A stretch of 64,000 nt of DNA from an uncultured bacterium (lineage in GTDB: Bacteria; Actinomycetota; Acidimicrobiia; Spongiisociales; UBA5794): positions 128,001 to 192,000 of the forward strand of contig CAWDDT010000011.1 of NCBI GenBank assembly GCA_963801165.1. Direction: 5' to 3'. The notes beneath the pieces were generated by a model. The model worked only from the letters and a program-made list of their open reading frames with translations, was not told the DNA's origin and ran no database searches. Position 1 is the stretch's first letter, and every line of letters starts with the position of its first letter. Shown in pieces: positions 50,350-64,000 of the stretch. The position numbers were made by a program, and so were the translations under genes.

Positions 50350-50377
50350 AGAGAGACCCCCACTTGGGGGTCTCTCT
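50350..50377. terminator. Hairpin between the convergent SLH gene and rpoC
   Basis: AGAGAGACCCCC-ACTT-GGGGGTCTCTCT. Confidence 0.7.
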
Positions 50378-50439
50378 CGTACAGTGCTGCAGTTTCGCGG
50401 AAACTGCCAACGGATCCGGCCTGCGGGCCGGACCCGCGG

Positions 50440-53400
50440 TTACTCGTCGTCTTCGGCGTCGAATGACTGTGTGCCCAGGCTGGCCAGCCACTGCGCCGGA
50501 TCGGCCGGAAGAGCCTCCTCGTCGCTGCCAGAGCCGTCGAGCTGGGCGTCGGGGAACAAGCCGAGCGCCGATACCACCGTCGCATCCGGTAGTGACGGCT
50601 GGATCGACTGGTACTTCGCCGAGCCCGTGCCGGCGGGGATGAGCTTGCCGATGATGACATTCTCCTTGAGACCCCGCATGAAGTCCGACTTGCCCTGAAG
50701 CGAAGCCTCGGTGAGCACCCGGGTCGTCTCCTGGAACGAAGCAGCCGACAGCCAGGAATCCGTGGCCAGCGAAGCCTTGGTGATACCCATGAGCTCCGGA
50801 CGGCCCTCTGCAGGGGCCTTGCCCTCTTCGACGAGAGACCGGTTGACGTCCCTGAACTCCTGCTCGTCGACCAGCTCGGCCGGGAGGAAGTGCGAGTCAC
50901 CGGAATTGACCACACGCACCTTGCGCAGCATCTGGCGCACGATCAGCTCGATGTGCTTGTCGTGGATATCCACACCCTGGCTGCGGTACACCTCCTGGAC
51001 CTGGTCAACCAGGTAACGCTGGCAGGCGCGCACACCCCGAATCTCCAGCACCTCCTTCGGATCCAGCGGACCTTCCGTGAGCTGGCTCCCGGCGGTGATG
51101 ATGTCGCCCGTGGCGACCTTGAGCCTGGCACGGCGAGCGAGCGGGTACTCGCTTTCCTCGTCCTTTTCGGTAACCACGACCCGGCGCCCCTCATCGTCGT
51201 CGATGAGCTGCACCACACCGCCGTGCTCGGCGAGCAGCGCCTTGCCCTTCGGGGTCCGAGCCTCGAACAGCTCGACCACGCGGGGAAGACCGTGGGTGAT
51301 GTCGTCGCCCGCAACACCACCAGTGTGGAAGGTACGCATGGTGAGCTGGGTACCCGGCTCACCGATCGACTGGGCGGCCATGATCCCAACTGCCTCACCC
51401 GATTCGACCATCAGGCCGGTTGCCAGGCTCAGACCGTACGACTCCTTGGAAATCCCGTAGCGAGACTGGTCGGTGAGAGGTGAGCGGACCCGCACCTCTT
51501 CGAGTTCAGCCTCCGCCTCGATGGCCTGGAGTGCGTCGCGGTCGACGAGCTCACCGGCACGCAGCTTGCGTCCACTAAATGTCTCGAGCAGTTTGCGCCC
51601 GACCTTGATGTCCTCGGCAAGTATCCGACCGTAGATCCGGTTCCGCAGGTTCCTGATCGGCTGACCGTGCTCACGCACCCGGATGAGAAGACCCGTATCG
51701 TCGGTCACCTCGTCATGGATGATGATCTCCTGCGACACGTCGACCAGCCGGCGGGTCAGGTACCCGGAGTCGGCAGTTCGCAGCGCCGTGTCGGCGAGAC
51801 CCTTGCGGGCACCGTGCGTTGAGATGAAGTACTCGAGCACGGACAGGCCCTCACGGAAGTTCGACTTGATCGGCTGCGGGATGATGTCACCCTTCGGGTT
51901 GGCCACCAGGCCACGCATACCGGCGATCTGACGCAGCTGCATCATGTTGCCGCGGGCACCCGAGCGCACCATCATGTCGATCGGGTTGAACTTCTCCGCC
52001 TCGAGCGTCGCCTGCATGGCCTCCTTGACCTCGTCGGTCGCCTCGGTCCAGATCTCGATGAGCTCCTGGCGACGCTCGTCATCAGTGATGACGCCTTTCA
52101 GATAGAGAGACTCCACCTTCTCGGCGCGTGCATCGTAGGCCGCAAGGATCGCCGCCTTCTGTGGCGGGGTCTTGACGTCCTCCAGACCGATGGTGAGACC
52201 GGCCTTCGTGGCGAACTTGAACCCGAGACTCTTGATCGAGTCGAGTGTTTCCGCGACATCCGGCTTGTCGTAGTCGTTGATGACCTCGGCAACCAGCGTC
52301 CGGATATCCGACTTCATCACCGGGGCATCGATGAACGGGAACGTCTCGGGGAATGCCGTGTTCATCACAGCACGCCCATACGAGGTCTCGAACAAGGCCG
52401 TGCCGTCGACCGGCTCCTCGGTAAGGAGATGACCGATGTATCTCTTCAACTCGGCGTGTCGCTCGGGGTCTCCGGCCAGGTCGCCGATACGCATCTTGAC
52501 CCTGGCATGGATATCGATGTCGCCCAACTCGTAGGCCATCGCCGCCTCGTCGATGTCGACGAACACACGGCCCTCGCCCTTGGCCCCATCGACGATCTCC
52601 GACAGGTAGAACATTCCAATGACCATGTCCTGAGACGGGGTGACGATCGGGCGCCCGGATGCCGGGGACAGCATGTTGTTCGTCGACAACATGAGAACCC
52701 GCGCCTCCGCCTGCGCCTCTGCCGACAACGGGAGATGCACAGCCATCTGGTCACCGTCGAAGTCGGCGTTGAAAGCCTCGCACACGAGCGGGTGGATCTG
52801 GATGGCCTTGCCCTCAACGAGAACGGGCTCGAAGGCCTGGATGCCGAGCCGGTGCAGCGTGGGGGCCCGGTTCAAGAAGACGGGGTGTTCCTGAACAACC
52901 TCGGATAGCACGTCCCACACCTGGGGGCGGCGCCGCTCGACCATCCTCTTTGCCGCCTTGATGTTCTGGGCGTGATCGAGATCGACCAGACGCTTCATGA
53001 CGAACGGCTTGAACAGCTCGAGCGCCATCGACCGCGGCAGGCCACACTGGTGCAGCCTGAGTTGCGGGCCGACGACGATGACCGAACGGCCGGAGTAGTC
53101 GACGCGCTTACCCAGCAGGTTCTGACGGAATCTTCCCTGCTTGCCCTTGAGCATGTCGGAGAGCGACTTGAGCGGCCGGCTCCCCGGTCCGGTCACCGCA
53201 CGACCGCGACGACCGTTGTCGAACAACGCATCGACGGCCTCCTGGAGCATCCTCTTCTCGTTGTTGACGATGATCTCGGGAGCACCCAGGTCGAGAAGCC
53301 GCTTGAGACGGTTGTTTCGGTTGATCACCCGCCGGTACAGGTCGTTGAGGTCCGAGGTGGCAAACCGACCACCGTCGAGCTGGACCATCGGGCGCAGATC

Positions 53401-54360
53401 GGGCGGGATCACGGGTACGGCCTCGAGAATCATCCCGGCGGGGTCGTTCTTGCCCCCGGCAAACGGGCTCACGACCTTGAGCCGCTTCATCGCCCGCTGG
53501 CGACGCTGCTGCGACCGGGAATCGAGGTCCTCACGGAGCGACTCCATCTCGGCATCGAGATCAGTGCGCTGGATCAGGTCCTTGACCCACTCGGCCCCCA
53601 TCCCGCCTGAGTAGTAGTCACCGTAACGGTCCACGATCTCGCGCCAGAGCTGCTCAGACTCGATCAGCTGCTTCGGCTTGAGGGTCTTGAACGTGTCGAA
53701 AGCCTCTTTGAGGAGGTCCTCCTCGACCGAGGCTCGTTCCTCGCGATCCTTGATCTCACGCTCGACGTCACGCCGACGAGCCGAGATCTCCTGGGTCGGG
53801 GCTTCGGCCTCCTCCATCTGCTTCAGCTCGGCTTCGAGCTGTTCGAGACGCGATTCCTTCCACTCCTCGAACTCTTCCCGGATCAGCTCGAGCTCATGGC
53901 TCGTTGCCTCCTCGAGCTCCGAGAGATCCGCAGTGCGCTTGTCGACGTCTATGGACGTGATCAGATACGCGGCGAAGTAGATGACCTTCTCCAGGTCCTT
54001 CGGGGACATGTCGAGCAAATAGCCGAGACGGCTGGGAACGCCCTTGAAGAACCAGATGTGTGTCACCGGTGCGGCCAGCTCGATGTGGCCCATCCGCTCC
54101 CGGCGAACCTTGGCGCGGGTCACCTCGACCCCACACCGCTCACAGGTGATGCCGCGGAAACGGACCCGCTTGTACTTGCCGCAGTAGCACTCCCAGTCCC
54201 GCGTGGGACCAAAGATGCGCTCGTCAAACAAGCCGTCCTTCTCCGGCTTGAGCGTCCGGTAGTTGATAGTCTCCGGCTTCTTGACCTCACCAAACGACCA
54301 CGACCGGATCTGGTCGGAGCTGGCCAGGCTGATTCTCAGTTCGTCGAATAAGTCAACCAC
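50440..54360 (-). CDS. rpoC: RNA polymerase beta' subunit
   Basis: [15 protein letters not shown] Zn finger, actinobacterial coiled-coil insertion. Confidence 0.99.
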   Translation of the reverse strand: MVDLFDELRISLASSDQIRSWSFGEVKKPETINYRTLKPEKDGLFDERIFGPTRDWECYCGKYKRVRFRGITCERCGVEVTRAKVRRERMGHIELAAPVTHIWFFKGVPSRLGYLLDMSPKDLEKVIYFAAYLITSIDVDKRTADLSELEEATSHELELIREEFEEWKESRLEQLEAELKQMEEAEAPTQEISARRRDVEREIKDREERASVEEDLLKEAFDTFKTLKPKQLIESEQLWREIVDRYGDYYSGGMGAEWVKDLIQRTDLDAEMESLREDLDSRSQQRRQRAMKRLKVVSPFAGGKNDPAGMILEAVPVIPPDLRPMVQLDGGRFATSDLNDLYRRVINRNNRLKRLLDLGAPEIIVNNEKRMLQEAVDALFDNGRRGRAVTGPGSRPLKSLSDMLKGKQGRFRQNLLGKRVDYSGRSVIVVGPQLRLHQCGLPRSMALELFKPFVMKRLVDLDHAQNIKAAKRMVERRRPQVWDVLSEVVQEHPVFLNRAPTLHRLGIQAFEPVLVEGKAIQIHPLVCEAFNADFDGDQMAVHLPLSAEAQAEARVLMLSTNNMLSPASGRPIVTPSQDMVIGMFYLSEIVDGAKGEGRVFVDIDEAAMAYELGDIDIHARVKMRIGDLAGDPERHAELKRYIGHLLTEEPVDGTALFETSYGRAVMNTAFPETFPFIDAPVMKSDIRTLVAEVINDYDKPDVAETLDSIKSLGFKFATKAGLTIGLEDVKTPPQKAAILAAYDARAEKVESLYLKGVITDDERRQELIEIWTEATDEVKEAMQATLEAEKFNPIDMMVRSGARGNMMQLRQIAGMRGLVANPKGDIIPQPIKSNFREGLSVLEYFISTHGARKGLADTALRTADSGYLTRRLVDVSQEIIIHDEVTDDTGLLIRVREHGQPIRNLRNRIYGRILAEDIKVGRKLLETFSGRKLRAGELVDRDALQAIEAEAELEEVRVRSPLTDQSRYGISKESYGLSLATGLMVESGEAVGIMAAQSIGEPGTQLTMRTFHTGGVAGDDITHGLPRVVELFEARTPKGKALLAEHGGVVQLIDDDEGRRVVVTEKDEESEYPLARRARLKVATGDIITAGSQLTEGPLDPKEVLEIRGVRACQRYLVDQVQEVYRSQGVDIHDKHIELIVRQMLRKVRVVNSGDSHFLPAELVDEQEFRDVNRSLVEEGKAPAEGRPELMGITKASLATDSWLSAASFQETTRVLTEASLQGKSDFMRGLKENVIIGKLIPAGTGSAKYQSIQPSLPDATVVSALGLFPDAQLDGSGSDEEALPADPAQWLASLGTQSFDAEDDE

Positions 54361-54405
54361 GTAATGCCCACCTTCCGGCTCTTTCCAGCATCTTTGTAAT
54401 CCTCA

Positions 54406-57759
<3,354 letters not shown>

Positions 57760-57910
57760 GGGAGACTCCTCTTCAAGTTGTGGGACGACGGTCAAGTCAG
57801 TCGAAACGGATGGGCAGGGTGTAGACGACGAAAGACCAGGATAGCACACAGCTATCCTGGCGATGCAAACGCGGCGTCGCTGGGAACGTACTCTTCAAAT
57901 GTTGTTGCGC

Positions 57911-57945
57911 ACGATACAAAAGATTCGTCGCCGGTTCAAGGGTCT
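57911..57945 (-). promoter_or_regulatory. Putative promoter of rpoBC
   Basis: AGACCC-TTGAAC-N17-TATCGT; 5' UTR hairpin at 57835-57859 (CCAGGATAGC/GCTATCCTGG). Confidence 0.65.
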
Positions 57946-58076
57946 ACCGGCCCATCTCCGGCGGGAAGGTCCCGACCCCTACCGCTCCTAACCATCGAAG
58001 TCCGGCCACGCAGCGATGTCGATACCGTGCCCATTCCCGGGTGCAGCCCGAGGGGCAGCCGTCTCGATGCGGACGC

Positions 58077-58108
58077 AAAAGAGGAGCGGGCATGCCCGCT
58101 CCTCTTTT
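58077..58108 (-). terminator. Intrinsic terminator after rplL
   Basis: Perfect 32-bp palindrome AAAAGAGGAGCGGGCATGCCCGCTCCTCTTTT. Confidence 0.85.
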
Positions 58109-58155
58109 CTACCTGTGCTTTTTCTGTCTGTGCTTCTTCTATCTGTGTTCGCCTG

Positions 58156-58539
58156 CTACTTGAGCTCGACTGTGGCCCCGACCCCTTCGAGCTGCGCCTT
58201 GGCGGCCTCGGCTGCCTCCTTGTCGACACCCTCGAGGACCGCGTTCGGAGCACCGTCCACGACCTCCTTGGCCTCCTTGAGACCCAGGCTGGTCAATCCA
58301 CGGACGACCTTGATGACCTGAATCTTCTGTGAGCCTGCCGAGGTGAGGACGACGTCGAACTCGTCTTGCTCCTCCTCGACAGCTTCCGCTGCTGCCGCGG
58401 GAAGCGCTGCGGCCATTGCCATAGGAGCGGCCGCAGTGACGTCGAACTTCTCTTCAAATGCCTTGAGAAACTCGGAAAGCTCGAGGACGCTCATCTCCTC
58501 GAAGACACCTAGGAGCTCCTCGGTCTTCATCTTTGCCAT
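58156..58539 (-). CDS. rplL: 50S ribosomal protein L7/L12
   Basis: [28 protein letters not shown]. Confidence 0.98.
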   Translation of the reverse strand: MAKMKTEELLGVFEEMSVLELSEFLKAFEEKFDVTAAAPMAMAAALPAAAAEAVEEEQDEFDVVLTSAGSQKIQVIKVVRGLTSLGLKEAKEVVDGAPNAVLEGVDKEAAEAAKAQLEGVGATVELK

Positions 58540-58540
58540 G

Positions 58541-59344
58541 TCATTCCTCCTCGGCCGAATCGGCCGGGTCTTCGTCATCGGACTTCGCGTCGTCGCCGTC
58601 TACCGATGCCTCTGGCTCGGCTTGTGTCACGGCAGCCTCTTCAACCTCTGCTTCGGCTTCCGGAACGTCTACGGCTTCGCCGGTCTCTTCTTCGCCTGCC
58701 GCTTCCGGCTCCTCGGCTGAGTCGGTCTCTGCAGCCGGCGTCTCTGCGGGAACGTCCCCGGCTTCTGGGACCTCCGCCTCGATCACCGGCTCGGCGTCAG
58801 CGGCCGGTTCCTCGACCGGCTCGGCTGCTGCTTCCCTCTTCTCAACGAGCTGCTGCATCGCAGATGCCATGTTGCGAGGAAGGGCCGCAAGCAAACCGGC
58901 GAGGTTTGCCATCGGCGCCTTCAGCAACCCGGCGATCTTGCTCAGCAACACATCGCGGGATTCGATCTCGGCGAGCTGGCTGATCCGTTCGGGCGTGAGG
59001 AATTCGTTCCGCAGGAGCCCACCTTTGACGGTGAAGGCTTCGTTGTCGTTGGCGAAGTCCTTGAGCGTCTTTGCCGCGGCGACCGGGTCTCCCTCGGCAA
59101 AAGCGATACCAGTGGGCCCGAGGAGCAGCTCCTCGAGTTCGGTCAGCTCCAGCTCGGCAGCCGCCCGGCGGGCCAGGGTCATCTTGACGACCTTGAACTC
59201 GGCTCCGCCTTCGCGCAGCCCGCGCCGCAGCGCCTGCTGCTGCTTGACCGACAGACCGGCGTACTCAGCGAGGAACACTGCGTTTGCGCGCTCGAGAAGT
59301 TCTTTGATCTCAGCGACGGCCTGGACCTTCTCTGGTCTTGGCAT
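58541..59344 (-). CDS. rplJ: 50S ribosomal protein L10 with acidic C-terminal extension
   Basis: MPRPEK, YAGLSV, VVKMTL, GPT; SD AGGAGG before ATG 59344. Confidence 0.96.
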   Translation of the reverse strand: MPRPEKVQAVAEIKELLERANAVFLAEYAGLSVKQQQALRRGLREGGAEFKVVKMTLARRAAAELELTELEELLLGPTGIAFAEGDPVAAAKTLKDFANDNEAFTVKGGLLRNEFLTPERISQLAEIESRDVLLSKIAGLLKAPMANLAGLLAALPRNMASAMQQLVEKREAAAEPVEEPAADAEPVIEAEVPEAGDVPAETPAAETDSAEEPEAAGEEETGEAVDVPEAEAEVEEAAVTQAEPEASVDGDDAKSDDEDPADSAEEE

Positions 59345-59491
59345 GTGTCTTCCTCCTACTGGTCTACGCAACACGACCTCGCTTCGGCAGTGAAGCCCGA
59401 GCCTCGTGCAACAAGACTCGAGCCTCGCAGCTTGAGCTGCCCCAGTAAGAACTGAAGCTCCCAACCCAAGAGGGAGGGAGCCTTTGAGAAA

Positions 59492-59545
59492 GCAACCTGC
59501 GCCGGCGCCGCTGCTGCGGACTTAGTTACCTGCGGTCTTGGGTCG
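59492..59545 (-). promoter_or_regulatory. L10 leader (L10-L12 autoregulatory RNA) core
   Basis: AAGACCGCAGG-T-AA...CCGGCGCAGG upstream of rplJ resembles the conserved L10-leader core. Confidence 0.7.
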
Positions 59546-59613
59546 AGATATGAGGTTGTGCGGACGAGACACTAACGAAGGCGGTTCCGCTACGCAAGGT
59601 GAGACCACTCGTT

Positions 59614-59662
59614 CCTCTCCCTCCGGGAGAGGATGCCGAGCGAAGCGAAGGCGGGCGAGGGC
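59614..59662. repeat. REP-like palindromic element
   Basis: CCTCTCCC-TCC-GGGAGAGG...CGAAGCG...GGGCGAGGG, a widespread intergenic palindrome architecture. Confidence 0.6.
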
Positions 59663-60107
59663 CTCAGCAAATGTGCGAGACCAGTCCGCACCCCCTGAGT
59701 CTGCAAAGCAAAATCACATGCCGCCTCACACAATGGGTGAGGCGGTGACGAATAGACGAAACGCCCGTCACCGGGCGCTTCGTCGGTAACGGGCTAACTC
59801 TCGGTCGGGAGAGCGGTTCGCTCATGAGGATTCGGGCAGACGGCGGGCCAGGAAGCCATCTACACGTACCACCAATGACGACCAGGGTAGGGGCTGGTAT
59901 TTGTCAAAGTGGCCGAAACCCGCCCTCGGAACGGTGGTGGATCGTTCCTGCCACCGACCTCGGAGTTTCCCCGTTGATCTTTAGTTGTGGGACGATCATA
60001 TCGCGGGGATACGTGGTCCGCCAGTGAAATGTAGTCAAAAATCGCGAATATGCCACTCTCTGTGGTCGAGCGACTCCCCGAAGATGACATAACCGTCGCT
60101 TGCGGTG

Positions 60108-60824
60108 CTAGCGAAGCGCCTTGAGGTCATCCTCGAGCCGGCTCGGATCGAGGTTCACGCCGGGGCCCATCGTGGACGAGACGGTCACCTTGCGCACAAA
60201 ACGACCCTTGGCGGCCGCAGGACGCGCCCGGATGATCTCGTCGGCGAGGGCAACGAGGTTGCCGATGAGCTGTTCCGGCTCGAAGGAGACCTTCCCGATG
60301 GGCACATGCACGTTGCCATACCGGTCGTTGCGATATTCGACACGGCCGGCCTTGAACTCCTTGATCGCCTTGCCGACGTCCTGGGTGACCGTGCCGCTCT
60401 TCGGATTTGGCATTAGCCCGCGTGGGCCGAGAATCGAGCCGAGCTTGCCGACGACCGACATCATGCTCGGGGTGGCGATTGCGATGTCGAACTCGATGGG
60501 ACCACCGGCCGAGATCTGGTCTGCGAGATCTTTGCCGCCGATCACGTCGGCGCCCGCTTCCTCCGCCTCGGCGATCGCCGCACCATCGACAAAGGCGGCG
60601 ACGCGCACGTCCTTGCCCGTGCCGTTGGGCAGGCTCACGGTGCCACGTACCAGCTGGTCTGCCTTGCGGGCGTCGATACCGAGGTTGAAAACCACATCGA
60701 CACTCTCATCGAACTTGGCGTACGCCATGCTCCGCACCAGAGCAACCGCATCCTCGGAACTGAGGAGAGCGCTCTTGTCGTACTGCCGTCGCACTGCGGC
60801 GACGTTCTTCGACTTCTTTGCCAT
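60108..60824 (-). CDS. rplA: 50S ribosomal protein L1
   Basis: KFDESV, LGPRGLMPNPKSGT, STMGPG. Confidence 0.98.
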   Translation of the reverse strand: MAKKSKNVAAVRRQYDKSALLSSEDAVALVRSMAYAKFDESVDVVFNLGIDARKADQLVRGTVSLPNGTGKDVRVAAFVDGAAIAEAEEAGADVIGGKDLADQISAGGPIEFDIAIATPSMMSVVGKLGSILGPRGLMPNPKSGTVTQDVGKAIKEFKAGRVEYRNDRYGNVHVPIGKVSFEPEQLIGNLVALADEIIRARPAAAKGRFVRKVTVSSTMGPGVNLDPSRLEDDLKALR

Positions 60825-60837
60825 TTCCGTTTACCTC

Positions 60838-60872
60838 CTGTGGTGCCGGCGGGGATGGCTCCCCTCCCACTT
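60838..60872 (-). promoter_or_regulatory. Putative L1-binding mRNA site upstream of rplA
   Basis: GTGGGAG-GGGAGCCATCCCC-GCCGGC-ACCAC stem next to SD AGGAGG. Confidence 0.55.
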
Positions 60873-61000
60873 ATCTGTTGTCACCCGACCGCTGCCGGCC
60901 GGGACATTTCCCGTCACGTTCTGCTGGTTTCTCACCATCGAGGCGTGTAACCGTCAGATGGTATCTCAGGCGGGCGACCTCGCTGAATCCCGCCACCTCA

Positions 61001-61429
61001 TCAGCCGTCGACGGTGATCCCCATCGAGCGGGCGGTACCCTCGACAATCTTCATCGCGGCGTCGATATCGTTGGCGTTGAGATCCACCATCTTCGTCTCG
61101 GCGATATGACGTACCTGTTCTCGCGTCACCCTGCCCACCTTCTCCTTCTGCGGCTCCGCCGACCCCTTCTCGACTCGAGCGGCCTGTCGCAGCATCACCG
61201 CGGCGGGTGGGGTCTTGGTCACGAAGGTGAAACTGCGATCCTCGTAGATCGAGATCTCCACCGGGATGATGGTGCCTACTTGTGACGCGGTGGCATCGTT
61301 GTATGACTTGACGAAATCCATGATGTTGACGCCGTGCTGACCGAGGGCAGGGCCCACGGGCGGTGCCGGGCTCGCCTGCCCGGCAGGGATCTGCAGCTTG
61401 AGCATGGTCATCAGTCTCTTGCGACCCAT
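61001..61429 (-). CDS. rplK: 50S ribosomal protein L11
   Basis: [24 protein letters not shown]. Confidence 0.98.
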   Translation of the reverse strand: MGRKRLMTMLKLQIPAGQASPAPPVGPALGQHGVNIMDFVKSYNDATASQVGTIIPVEISIYEDRSFTFVTKTPPAAVMLRQAARVEKGSAEPQKEKVGRVTREQVRHIAETKMVDLNANDIDAAMKIVEGTARSMGITVDG

Positions 61430-61450
61430 TGGTTGAACCTCGCTTGGGAA

Positions 61451-62092
61451 TCAGTATTTGAGAATCTGGTCGAAGTTGAGTTCGACGGGGGTTTCCCGGC
61501 CAAAGATATCAACGAGCACCCGCACCTTCGACTGGTCCACGTTGATGTCCTCGATGATGCCGTTGAAATCGGCGAAGGGGCCTTCGACCACCCTGATCGT
61601 CTCCCCGACCTCCCAGGCCGGCTTGAACGTGGGCTCCTTCTTGTCGGCCGAGTCCTCGTCCTTGGCGACGCCGAGAATGCGCTCGACCTCGCGCCGCGAT
61701 AGCGGCGTCGGCTTGGATGCGGATCCGACGAATCCGGTCACGCCCGGGGTGTTGCGAACTGCATACCAGGTGTCGTCGTCCATATAGAGACGAACCAGGA
61801 TGTAGCCGGGGAACTTCTTGCGCTCCACGGTGACCTTGCGCCCGGCCTTGAACTCGACGACCTCTTCCATCGGGATGACCACGTCGAAGACGCGATCCTC
61901 GAGGTGCATCGATTTGACCCGCGTCTCGAGGTTTGCCTTCACCTTCTTCTCGTACCCCGAGTACGAGTGCACGACGTACCAGCCGCCGGGCAGGTCGTAC
62001 GGGCTCGAAGGTCCCTTGGGCTTGACGGCCTCGGCTTCCGCGGCAGTCTCGTCCTCGACTATGTCCTGGCTATCAGGAGCTTCCAGCGTCAT
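61451..62092 (-). CDS. nusG: Transcription elongation factor NusG
   Basis: WYVVHSYSGYE, FPGY, TPGVTGF, IFGRETPVEL. Confidence 0.98.
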   Translation of the reverse strand: MTLEAPDSQDIVEDETAAEAEAVKPKGPSSPYDLPGGWYVVHSYSGYEKKVKANLETRVKSMHLEDRVFDVVIPMEEVVEFKAGRKVTVERKKFPGYILVRLYMDDDTWYAVRNTPGVTGFVGSASKPTPLSRREVERILGVAKDEDSADKKEPTFKPAWEVGETIRVVEGPFADFNGIIEDINVDQSKVRVLVDIFGRETPVELNFDQILKY

Positions 62093-62095
62093 GGC

Positions 62096-62374
62096 TCACC
62101 CGGCCCCGAGCAACTGCAGGATCGTGTTCTTGAGACCGAAGTCGAGTGCAAAGGTGAATCCCGTCACCGCAACGGTGACGATGAGCACGACAATCGTGAA
62201 CGTGGTCGTCTCTTCCCTGGTAGGCCAGGCGACCTTCTTCAGCTCTTGTCGCACTTCGTGCAGGAATTGACGGAAACCGACGCGCTCGCGCTTGTGCTGC
62301 TGCGGGACAGCTTTGCGGCGTTTCTTGGCGCGCTCTTCCTCCTTGGCCTGGAGGCGTCGCATCTCTCGGTTCAC
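62096..62374 (-). CDS. secE: Preprotein translocase SecE
   Basis: EVRQELKKVAWPT plus one TM segment; GTG 62374 with SD AAGGAAGG. Confidence 0.95.
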   Translation of the reverse strand: MNREMRRLQAKEEERAKKRRKAVPQQHKRERVGFRQFLHEVRQELKKVAWPTREETTTFTIVVLIVTVAVTGFTFALDFGLKNTILQLLGAG

Positions 62375-62396
62375 GTTTGATTCCTTCCTTGCCGAG

Positions 62397-62470
62397 CAGG
62401 GGTGGCGGGACTCGAACCCACAGCCTACGGTTTTGGAGACCGTCGCTCTGCCAATTGGAGCTACACCCCT
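62397..62470 (-). tRNA. tRNA-Trp (CCA); 3' CCA not encoded
   Basis: AGGGGTG/CACCCCT acceptor stem, anticodon loop CTCCAAA, GTTCGAGTC T-loop. Confidence 0.97.
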
Positions 62471-62496
62471 CAACATAGGCCTGGGGCCGGGGGTGG

Positions 62497-62525
62497 AGTA
62501 TATGAGGTCGCCCCCTAAGTGTAAA
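62497..62525 (-). promoter_or_regulatory. sigmaA promoter for tRNA-Trp-secE-nusG
   Basis: TTTACA-N17-TATACT. Confidence 0.8.
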
Positions 62526-62638
62526 CCTGACGCGGTCCTCCCGGGTCGGTTCATCCGCTCGCCCGGACCGTGACCAGAGTCGAGGTGGTCTTTGGGGCAC
62601 AAACGAATCCTAGCCGGAGCGGCCCGCAGTGCTCGAGG

Positions 62639-62992
62639 TCACCGCACGGCGGGTCGGGAGCTTCGCCAAAGGGCGACCACAGCGACTCCGGCGGCAGCGG
62701 CCACAACGGCGCCGGTTGCCGCCGCGATCCGTCCGACCTGACCGGAACCGGTACCCATCCGCAGCCCATCTGGTGAAGATGCGATCACGGTCGCCACCGC
62801 CGCAGACAGCGGCTCAGGAGCAGCCACCATCACGTCCGCCAGCGCGGCAAGTTGCCGGCGCAACTTTCCATAGCGGGCGATCTCGGCCTGACAGGTGAGA
62901 CATGTGCTCACGTGAGCATTCAGGCGCACCGACAGAAACCCGCCTCCCTGCGATGGTGCCAGCGCCTGGACGACACGACATGCCGGCCTCAT
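62639..62992 (-). CDS. Putative zinc-binding anti-sigma factor (zf-HC2) with C-terminal TM segment
   Basis: HVSTCLTC (HxxxCxxC), hydrophobic C-terminus, ATGA overlap with the ECF sigma gene. Confidence 0.75.
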   Translation of the reverse strand: MRPACRVVQALAPSQGGGFLSVRLNAHVSTCLTCQAEIARYGKLRRQLAALADVMVAAPEPLSAAVATVIASSPDGLRMGTGSGQVGRIAAATGAVVAAAAGVAVVALWRSSRPAVR

Positions 62993-63561
62993 ACGCTCTC
63001 CTCGAACTCGACCCAGAGACGATCCCGCAATTGCTTGCGACCGCGATGGAGACGCACCTTGGCGGCAGCGACGCTGATGCCGAGATGGCCGGCGATCTCG
63101 CTGTGGGTCCATCCGTACACGTCCTTCAACACAACTACGGTCCGGGTGGGGAGAGGTAGATCGTTGAGGGCGTCCCGCAGCCTGTCCCCGATCGCCGCAG
63201 ACTCCGCAGCACGCTCGGGGGAGATCGTCTCGGCCACGGGTTCAGTGAAGGACTCGTCGATCGGATCTGCCCGATGCTTGCGCTGCTTGCGACGCTGGGT
63301 CCACGCCACATTCACCGTGATGCGATGCAGCCATGTCGAGAACTTGGCGTCGCCGCGGAAGTTGGGGAGCGCCCGCCAGGCCCGGACAAACGCCTCCTGC
63401 GAGACGTCGGCAGCCAGCTCACGATCTGCGACCAGTCGCAATGCCAATGTGTAGACCTCGTCCTGATGGATTCTGACCAGATCGGAGAATGCCGCCCGGT
63501 CACCGCGTCGTGCCCGAGCCAGCAGCTCTCCGTTCTCCGGTCTGACTCCCTCATGGGGCAT
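62989..63561 (-). CDS. ECF sigma factor
   Basis: ADVSQEAFVRAW, FSTWLHRITVN, region 4 EIA..LG.....KVRLHRGR. Confidence 0.93.
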   Translation of the reverse strand: MPHEGVRPENGELLARARRGDRAAFSDLVRIHQDEVYTLALRLVADRELAADVSQEAFVRAWRALPNFRGDAKFSTWLHRITVNVAWTQRRKQRKHRADPIDESFTEPVAETISPERAAESAAIGDRLRDALNDLPLPTRTVVVLKDVYGWTHSEIAGHLGISVAAAKVRLHRGRKQLRDRLWVEFEESV

Positions 63562-63565
63562 CGGG

Positions 63566-64000
63566 TTACCCCTCCAACCTGACGACACAACCGGCCGTGA
63601 CCAGCTTCTCGTCTCCCCTGGCGACCTCGACGTCCATCTGACAATCCTCGCCGTCGGCGGCCAGGTCGCGCACCACAGCGCTCACCATCGCCGGCTCGGC
63701 AGGGCGCAACGCGCTCCGGAATCTGAGCTTGATGTGAGCGAGAGGGTCGGGCCGAGCACTCATTGCCCCGGCGAGTTGGATTGCCCAGGCTGCCATCAAG
63801 AGGCCGTGAACAACGATGCCGTCGAGACCGGCGTGGCGGGCGGCGTCGTGGTCAAAATGTATCGGGTTGTAGTCGCCTGACGCTCCGGCGTACTTGACGA
63901 GGTCGATTCGACTCGCCGACTTGGACAAGGCGGGCAGCGTCCCGCCGATGCCGGGTCGAGGAACGACGTGGGGGCGTTCGTTGAGTTCCCGCTTCCACAC
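63566..64000 (-). CDS. MaoC/HadB-type dehydratase (probably 5'-truncated)
   Basis: YAGASGDYNPIH..D..A...GL..IVVHG hydratase motif. Confidence 0.88.
   Translation of the reverse strand: MWKRELNERPHVVPRPGIGGTLPALSKSASRIDLVKYAGASGDYNPIHFDHDAARHAGLDGIVVHGLLMAAWAIQLAGAMSARPDPLAHIKLRFRSALRPAEPAMVSAVVRDLAADGEDCQMDVEVARGDEKLVTAGCVVRLEG

Noticed and set aside
59745-59790. TGACGA...GAAAC resembling a hammerhead ribozyme core
   Set aside because: It lacks CTGAnGA and a stem II; the GAAAC is part of a simple hairpin arm.

Overview
A high-GC actinobacterial chromosome segment, most likely class Acidimicrobiia (inferred from gene order, the EF-Tu DMPGH motif and actinobacterial SLH-like repeats). It carries the core transcription/translation supercluster on the minus strand: tRNA-Trp, secE-nusG-rplKA, rplJL, rpoBC, the str, S10, spc and alpha operons, truA, rplM-rpsI, glmM-glmS, acpS, nnr, alr and tsaEBD-rimI. 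Small accessory blocks are inserted at operon junctions. No rRNA, CRISPR array or transposase was seen. Most notable: (1) tuf, a 7x PKD repeat and a DUF222-HNH element all show a strong bias on the same physical strand (G/T on minus, C/A on plus) that neighbouring single-copy DNA lacks, suggesting a repeat-restricted mutational or gene-conversion process; (2) a glmS ribozyme upstream of glmS; (3) a DUF222-HNH gene with a PafBC/RecA-NDp-type promoter next to a 6x17-bp tandem array; (4) a probable unannotated Zn-finger small ORF heading a site-2 protease/rhomboid operon, plus a second small membrane ORF; (5) a hairpin-rich 760-bp rplA-rplJ spacer; (6) a proline-racemase-family enzyme with an altered active site. 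All calls come from reading the sequence; no searches were run.
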